Made by a program: the position numbers and the translations under genes
Assembly (NCBI GenBank): GCA_964016885.1
Contig: OZ024746.1
Span: 75,020,001-75,084,000, forward strand
Length of the DNA stretch: 64,000 bases
From: Eledone cirrhosa
Lineage: Eukaryota
Reading direction: 5' to 3'
Notes under the pieces: model-generated
Told to the model about the DNA's origin: nothing
The model's database searches: none
Seen by the model: only the letters and a program-made list of their open reading frames with translations
In this document: positions 57,101-64,000 of the stretch, in pieces
Layout: every line of letters begins with the position of its first letter
Position numbering within the stretch: position 1 is the first letter of the stretch

Positions 57101-59095
57101 CAAAGAGCCGAAACGAATACCGCAAATCATTCTATTTGACGTAAAATAACTGGAAACATAAATCCCTACCTCAATCAAACACCTCCCCTCACATCTATAC
57201 GACCAACTAACACTTTTGTTTTAGTGTATTAATAACCTCCTGAAAAAGAAGGTCTTAAACAACCAAGTAGCAACATAATACACCCACGGGGAGTTCCTCG
57301 GCTCCAAAACTTCTGAATCCTATGAAACAGAGTAAATAAATGGGGAGGGGGTGCAAAAGTATCTATATTTTAATTGTTATTATTCCGTTTTATAAACTTG
57401 ATTTTGAATTGAGATTTATTACTTTAAATTTTATTATTAAAAACTGCAATTATTTTTGCACCAATACAATATTCAGAATACATGAATGAAAATTAGACAG
57501 ATCGATAATAATAAATAAGTTACGTGTAATCAAAATAGTTATTAGTTACAAAATGAGGCAATCTTACGATTTTCCTATGTAATCCTCGTTGATATTCATG
57601 ACTCTATTTTTCCCTAACATGATGTACCTAGGTCTTCAGTATACAATATGAACTTCCTTTTTTAAAATGATTTGGTGTGATTTAAATGACAATTGAAGTT
57701 TCAATTTTAACAGGTCGAATTGGATGGTCTGTTTTTTCAACGATAACGCAGATAGTTGAAATGTAAGGTAGAATGAATGTTTAGAACAGAATATTCGTGG
57801 TGTTTGGGACACAAGCTTACAGATTGTAATTCGTTTTCAAAGACAATCTCTTGTAAAATGTATTGAAACCGTGAAATGAAAGGCTTGAATGTATTTCATA
57901 CTTTATTTCATATAATTATTTCGAATCTGCTTTTTTATTAAAAATAACATATGCATTAAATATCTTAACACCATAAATCTTGATATTGACAGAAATGTAT
58001 AGATTTATAACAGCAAATCAGAGTCAATTTAAGTTGATTGCAGTATGTAACAAGTATATCATTTGATCTGTATCCTAAAGTTTTGCGAAATTAAAGTGAA
58101 CTCGGTAAAATGATTTCAACTCAAAATATAGCATTGAAATATAGCCTCTCGCAAATATTCTAATTTTATGGTTTCACTCTAATATTACTACTAATAATAA
58201 TTGTTTCTACTTTTGGTACAAGGCCAGCAATTAACCAGTACATTACTGGTACTTTATTTTATCGACCCCGTAAGGATTAAAGGCAAAGTAAACCTCGGCG
58301 GGATTTGAACTCAGAATGGCAAGGACCGTAACTCTATGCGTCAAAGCATGGCGTCCGACCCTCAACCGATACTGCCAATCCACCGCCAATTTACGTCAGA
58401 AATCATTACGACTAATAATAATTGTTTCTACTTTAGGCACAAGGCCAGCAATTACCCAGTGCATTACTGGTACTTTATGTTATCGACCCCGTAAGGATGA
58501 AAGGCAAAGTCAACCTCGGCGGGATTTGAACTCAGATCGTAAAGGGACGTAACTATGCTGGAAAGCATGGCGTCCGACCTTCTACCGATACTGCCAAATG
58601 ATTTCTGACGTAGATACAAAGCAACACGCTTTGGCTGGGTTGGGGATATAGCCGATGGGTAATTATTTTATCGTGCCTCGAAAGAGGGATAGCACAATTC
58701 AGCACAAAAGGATTTTATCCTAGAAAGTAAAGTTGTAATTAAATATGACCAGAACATTTTGGAATTCTGATAAATAAGGTGTTTATGAAATAATAATAAC
58801 ATTGCTCATTAAACTTACTGAATTTTCCTCCATAAACCACGCGGTTGCAGTCATCATATTGGCTGTTTTTCCAAACGCAAATCTGTTGAGACTGGGAAAA
58901 TAATGTGCCTTTACCACAAGCCAGTGGTTTGGGAAACATGGCGTTGCATAAGTAGAATTCACTGCAATTAGTTGGTGATCGTACATAGTTTGATCCTGGT
59001 CGTATTTCTGTGTTCCTACACAGATTCATAATATCTTGACTATAGACTGCTGTCACTGCAAGAAATAGAACGATGGCGGCAACACGAAACTCCAT
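54153..59095 (-). CDS. Secreted double peritrophin-A/CBM14 protein, copy 5 (152 aa)
   Basis: Exon 1 59095-58819. Exon 2 55394-55215 reads [60 protein letters not shown]. Exon 3 starts at 54154 and completes T|AA; AATAAA at 54045-54040. Confidence 0.9.
55690..56550 (+). mobile_element. Tc1/mariner transposase remnants interrupted by two SINEs (55882-56255)
   Basis: The first piece reads FKMKRKAAVTAENINHVLGHGTINER (mariner N-terminal HTH-like). The downstream piece is degenerate and DDE-like; the two may not come from the same element. Confidence 0.5.
56572..56760 (+). mobile_element. tRNA-derived SINE
   Basis: Matches the consensus; flanked by attatt(a)ttttcttg direct repeats. Confidence 0.85.
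57348..57472. mobile_element. Degenerate mariner-derived MITE
   Basis: ggtgcaaaagta ... aaaactgcaattatttttgcaccaatacaata, resembling mariner TIRs. Confidence 0.5.
58195..58597 (-). mobile_element. Two SINEs in intron 1 of copy 5
   Basis: 58195-58388 and 58415-58597 match the consensus. Confidence 0.85.
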
Positions 59096-59270
59096 TCTTG
59101 TTGTATTTTATCAACTGTGAAATCAAAGGAGGGTTAAAACAAATTACTTGCATTGAATCTACCACAACTCAGTTGTAACCTTGGTATGTGTGACTCTGTT
59201 GCTTTAAAGTAGTCACTTATATAGTCTATGAATAGGGTTAAGGTAAGGTTTAGGGTTAGAGTTAGTGTTA
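59096..59270 (-). promoter_or_regulatory. Copy 5 5'UTR and core promoter
   Basis: TATA at 59217-59224; agggttaaggtaaggtttagggttagagttag at 59234-59265. Confidence 0.7.
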
Positions 59271-59581
59271 TGTATAGAGATGATATTTAATTCATTCAAA
59301 GTAGGGTCTCTATTCTTTAGGATAATTGACCTCCACCCAACAACCTCGTTAGACAGCTTCTATCTATATATATATATTCATCTATCTATCTAACTATCTA
59401 TCTATCTATCTATCGATCTATTTATCTATTTATGTATCTATCTACCTTTTTTCTTCTTCTTCTTCTTCTTCTTCTTCTTCTTCTTCTTCTTGATTAGAAT
59501 TACGATGATGTTGGTGATGGGGATGGTCGTGGTATTTTGTTGATAATCATCATTCTCTTTGTCACACGTTCTTTAAATTCA

Positions 59582-59827
<246 letters not shown>

Positions 59828-60149
59828 AGCGCGTGTTTGCTTATGTATGTTCTCCTTTACATATAGATATTGGAATTTGTGTTGGGAGTGCCCACATAGA
59901 ATAACCGAGATCACGATAGAAAACACAACAGCTAGAAAAGACATTTACAAACATATGTAGAAACACACACACAAAATCACACGCACTTAAACATGGATAA
60001 ACATCAAAATAATACATAAAAAAACATATATCAACATACAAAGAAGTCAATATAAAAAAGATAATATTGAAAACTAAGAAATCTTTAAATAGTTCGAACG
60101 ATATCTACTTATATCAGTGTCTTTGTGATTTCTTATCACGTGTGCCTAA

Positions 60150-60735
60150 TATAATTGTTTCTACGTTAGGCACAAGGCCAGCAAATACCCAGTGTATTAC
60201 TGGTACTTTATTTTATCGACCCCGTAAGGATGAAAGGCAAAGTTAACCTCGGCGGGATTTGAACTCAGATCATAAAGGGCCGTAACTCTATGCTGCAAAG
60301 CATGGCGTCCGACCCTCTACCGATACTGCCAATCCACCATAACTATAATAATTGTTTCTACTTTTTGGCACAGTGCCAGCAATCACCCAGCGCATTACTG
60401 GTACTTTATTTTATCGACCCCGTAAGGATGAAAGGCAAAGTTAACCTCGGCGGGAAATGAACTCAGAATGGCAAGGGCCGTAACTCTATGCGCCAAAGCA
60501 TGGCGTCCGACCCTCTACCGATACTGCCAATCCACCGCCCTATGGATAACTATAATAATTGTTTCTACTTTAGGCACAAGGCCAGCAATTATCCAGTGCA
60601 TTACTGGTACTTTATTTTATCGACCCCGTAAGGATGAAAGGCAAAGTTAACTTCGGCGGGAAATGAACTCAGAATGACAAGGGCCGTAACTCTATGCGCC
60701 AAAGCATGGCGTCCGACTCTCTACCGATACTGGCA
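60150..60735 (-). mobile_element. Tandem SINE trimer
   Basis: Three head-to-tail copies, with linker sequences matching those at 47400-47872. Confidence 0.85.
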
Positions 60736-60757
60736 CACTCATGTAAGTATAACTTTC

Positions 60758-60840
60758 TATTAGGTTGTCAAGTATGAAATTTGTAGAAATTTGTAGAAGA
60801 AAAACAAATTTCTACAAATTTCATACTTGACGACCTAATA
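60758..60840. mobile_element. Tc1/mariner-type MITE (~80 bp hairpin)
   Basis: TA-TTAGGTTGTCAAGTATGAAATTTGTAGAAATTTGT ... ACAAATTTCTACAAATTTCATACTTGACGACCTAA-TA. Confidence 0.75.
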
Positions 60841-61024
60841 ATAGGGTTGAATGAATATTTGTATGATTGAAGGAGTGAAAGGAAACTCGAGGAGAATCTA
60901 TTTCGCTGTTATCCTTTCGTAGTTTTTGTAATAACCTATTTACTTTAAAGATAAAGTATAATTTGTAGATAGAAATTCAGCTGTAAATTATAATTATTGA
61001 TTCGAAATTTCAATGAATTATCAA

Positions 61025-61485
61025 CAATAATTGTTTCTATATTAGGCAGAGGGGCAGCAATTTGAAAGTGAGAAGAAATTCGATTAAATCGACACCAGTA
61101 CATTACTGGTACTTTATTTTATCGAACCCGTAAGGATGAAAGGCAAAGTTAACCTCGGCGGATTTGAACTCAGAACATAAAGGACGGTAATTCTATGTTG
61201 CAAAGCATGGTGTCCGACGCTCTACCGATATTGCCAATCCACCGCACTACAAGGCCATAATAATAATTGTTTCTACTATAGACACAAAGCAAGCAATTCT
61301 TTTAAGGGGAGGGGAAAGTCGATGAAATCGGTCCCAGTGCATTACTGGTACTTTATTTTATTGACCCCATAAGGACGAAAGGCAAAGCTAACCTCGGCGG
61401 GATTTTGAACTCAGACCGTAATGGGGCGTAACTCTGTGCTGCAAAGCATGGTGTCCAACTCTATACCGATACCGCCAACTCCTCG
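61025..61485 (-). mobile_element. Two long-form SINEs
   Basis: Consensus plus the extra internal segment (GTCGATTTAATCGA...). Confidence 0.8.
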
Positions 61486-61589
61486 CATAATAATAATAAC
61501 AACATTTCTTCTTCTTCTTCGCTGTGATATCTCTATTCGGGAAAGTAGTGACTCTACCTGGAAGTTCTTTTTCTTCAACTACGTATTCC

Positions 61590-62485
61590 TGGGAGACTCA
61601 TGGGGCAGAGGACCCACACACGCCTTCCAGCTAGTCGTGTCAGAAGCAACCGCCTCGAATTCATCCAGTTGGAATCTGGAGCGAAACCAACTAAGTTCAT
61701 CGATATTATCCAACCATCTTGCTTATGATCTATTTGGGAGCTCGTGCAGGTTGGCTTTGTTCAGCGACTTTCCTAAGATATCATAACTATATGTCTGTAG
61801 TGTAGGAGTTGTAACATCTTCTGTACGTATTGACTCTCGAGCCTTTACTGCGGAAACTGGAGTTGTTGTAGGACGTGAAAGGGCTGCGATGGAATATGCG
61901 GATGACAACACCGTGCTGGTATCAAACACCTCGGAAATCGGGGTGGTCGGCGTCTTCTTAGAGAAATATGAAAGGTTGAGGGGAGCAAAACTGAACCCGG
62001 AAAACTTGGTGGGTTTGCAAATTGGCGCCTGGAAAGGCAAATCGATACTGTTAAACTGTGTTGTCAGAAGCTGGAGGGACGAACTGCTGAAGTTGCTCGG
62101 GGTCTGGTTCGGACAAGGTCTCAGGTAGATAAGAACTGGGACGAGGTAACGAGCAAGGTGGCCACTCTCAAATTAGTGATCTATCTAGATAGGATACATA
62201 TACGTTGACCGAGCTAATGGAAGCTGAATGCGTAAAGAAACAGAGACCGAATTAGCGAATGGTTGTTTACCCTGAAAAGTGTGATCAAATTAGAATCCAT
62301 TAGATTTAGCAAGGCTGTAGTGATAGAAAAGAATAGACAAGAGGGAAAACAAGTTAGAAAGCTAGGCGAGGCGCTTAGTAAATGCATCGCGACCGACGTG
62401 CAACCGGCGATATTGGCCCTCGAGCAATTTTTCAACTCTAAGCCCGAAGGTTGCGTTGTCAGAGCTAAGGCGCATGTACTAAGAC
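61590..62485. mobile_element. LINE fragments: RTE-like 3' end (-) and L1/Tx1-like RT pieces (+)
   Basis: EYADDNTVLV...YERLRGAKLN...KLLGVWF at 61889-62128; 61600-61725 resembles 22490-22610. Confidence 0.6.
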
Positions 62486-62535
62486 ATATATATATACAGA
62501 CATACATTCATATATATATATATATATACATACAG

Positions 62536-62587
<52 letters not shown>

Positions 62588-62591
<4 letters not shown>

Positions 62592-62915
62592 GTAACCCGA
62601 GTTTTTCGAATATTAATAATAACATTCGATTCGCTTGCAATTATGCAAACAAGCCTCAATGTTATAGCCATGTCAGTAGAATGAACCCTTCATTCTTGCT
62701 CTTGTGTTGGCATGTCAACAAATCGAATGTTATTATTAATATTCGAAAAAAATCAAATTAGAAACATTAGTGTCTGCAGTTCTGTTCGCATGCCAACACA
62801 AGAGCAAGAATGAAATGTTCATTCTACTGACATGGCTATAAAATTGAGGCTTGTTTGCATAATTGCAAACGAATCGAATGTTATTATTAATATTGGAAAA
62901 ACTCAGGTTACATTT
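62588..62915. mobile_element. Fold-back element next to (TA)n
   Basis: About 127-bp imperfect inverted arms (62588-62714 / 62788-62914). Confidence 0.7.
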
Positions 62916-63128
62916 ATTGTATTCAGCCATGTAGAGTGACATTTTCTTTTATATATATCACGGGCGCTCTAGCTCAAAATTATTTTTGAAAAGCATTAGA
63001 AATGCGTAACCGGTAAAAACTTAAAACTAAAACTGAATACTAACCAATACTTATTACTAATTTTTACTTATTCCTAATTAAACTATTTTTCAGTGGGAAA
63101 AATTTATCAGCATTTTCTTTTCCTTTTA

Positions 63129-63187
<59 letters not shown>

Positions 63188-63563
63188 GTATGTATATATA
63201 TATATATATATAAATGTATGTACGTATATAAATATATATATATACACACACACACAGATAAATCTACCAATTAATGGTAGGGTCCATGCCTATTAAAGAA
63301 CTCAATGTAATCCGTATGTAGAATATGTCGTGAAGCAAAGTTTAAAATACAAAATTTCAACGATATAATTCATTGGAAGCAGAGTCAAAAATAATTAAAA
63401 TAGTGAAAACCATGAAATTAAACAAAATAGTAAAACTCATTATTTTACGATCGTTTCTGGAGGGGGGGGGGGGTGTAGTTCTCCGTATGTTCATTTTATC
63501 GGTGATCTATGTAAAATATACTACAAATTATCAAAGTAAGAAAATATACATACGTCTTCTCTA

Positions 63564-63704
63564 ATGATTTCTGAAGACGGCGGGTGGAGAAGACGTATGT
63601 ATATTTTCTTACTTTGATAATTTGTAATATATTTTACATAGACCACTCATAAAATGAACATAAGGAGAACTACCCCCCGCCCTCAGAAACGATCGTAAAA
63701 TAAT
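63564..63704 (+). ncRNA. Hammerhead motif with long stem II inside fold-back element 63257-63750
   Basis: ATgATTT CTGAAGA cGGCGGG...CCCGCCctca GAAA CGATCG TA AAATaAT; palindromic CGATCG, GUA triplet, 6/7-bp stem I. Confidence 0.6.
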
Positions 63705-63761
63705 GAGTTTTACTATGAATGTTTAATTTCATGGTTTTCACTATTTGTATTATATATATAT

Positions 63762-63932
63762 ATAGGAAAATGTATGACCCCGACGGCAGAGCTCAAGCCG
63801 TTTCGACGGGTATTTCTGGACAGAAATAGCCGTCGAAACGGCTTGAGTTCTGCCGTCGGGGTCATACATTTTTCTATTACCCACTCTACTACTCTAAGTA
63901 TTGAGTACTCTGGTGCGTTATGGTCCATCTGT
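63762..63932. mobile_element. Fold-back element, opposite orientation to 53104
   Basis: Arms 63762-63818 / 63821-63877, followed by the gagtactctggtgcgttatggtcca tail. Confidence 0.75.
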
Positions 63933-64000
63933 TTGTATTTAAATCTAAACGTCTGATAAGCGAATCAATATACGAGTCAGGTCTATCACATCCATTAAGA

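Noticed and set aside
60150-60735. Regularly spaced repeats resembling a CRISPR array or tRNA gene cluster
   Set aside because: The units are ~190-bp SINEs with no unique spacers and no complete cloverleaf, in a eukaryotic context.

Overview
AT-rich, intron-containing eukaryotic DNA saturated with (TA)n/(CA)n microsatellites and tRNA-derived SINEs. The repeat landscape suggests an octopod/cephalopod mollusc, but that is inference only. The only intact genes I can support are five tandem minus-strand paralogues (ATGs at 3302, 11403, 26879, 45292, 59095). Each encodes a ~151-152 aa secreted protein: signal peptide plus two 6-Cys peritrophin-A/ChtBD2 (CBM14)-type domains. All share the same exon layout: 277-nt coding exon 1, 180-nt phase-1/phase-1 exon 2, and a terminal exon that contributes at most the last 2 nt of a split stop codon. 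All also share a promoter with a TATA box next to a telomere-like (TTAGGG-like) motif. Between the genes lie a decayed Penelope-like element (RT + GIY-YIG) apparently nested in a Helitron-like element, an R4/Dong-like LINE, RTE- and L1/Tx1-like remnants, mariner/hAT/piggyBac MITEs and about 30 SINE copies. There are also many short fold-back elements inserted in (TA)n tracts, which carry about a dozen minimal type-I hammerhead-ribozyme motifs, several with compensatory stem changes. All coordinates and translations were derived by hand.
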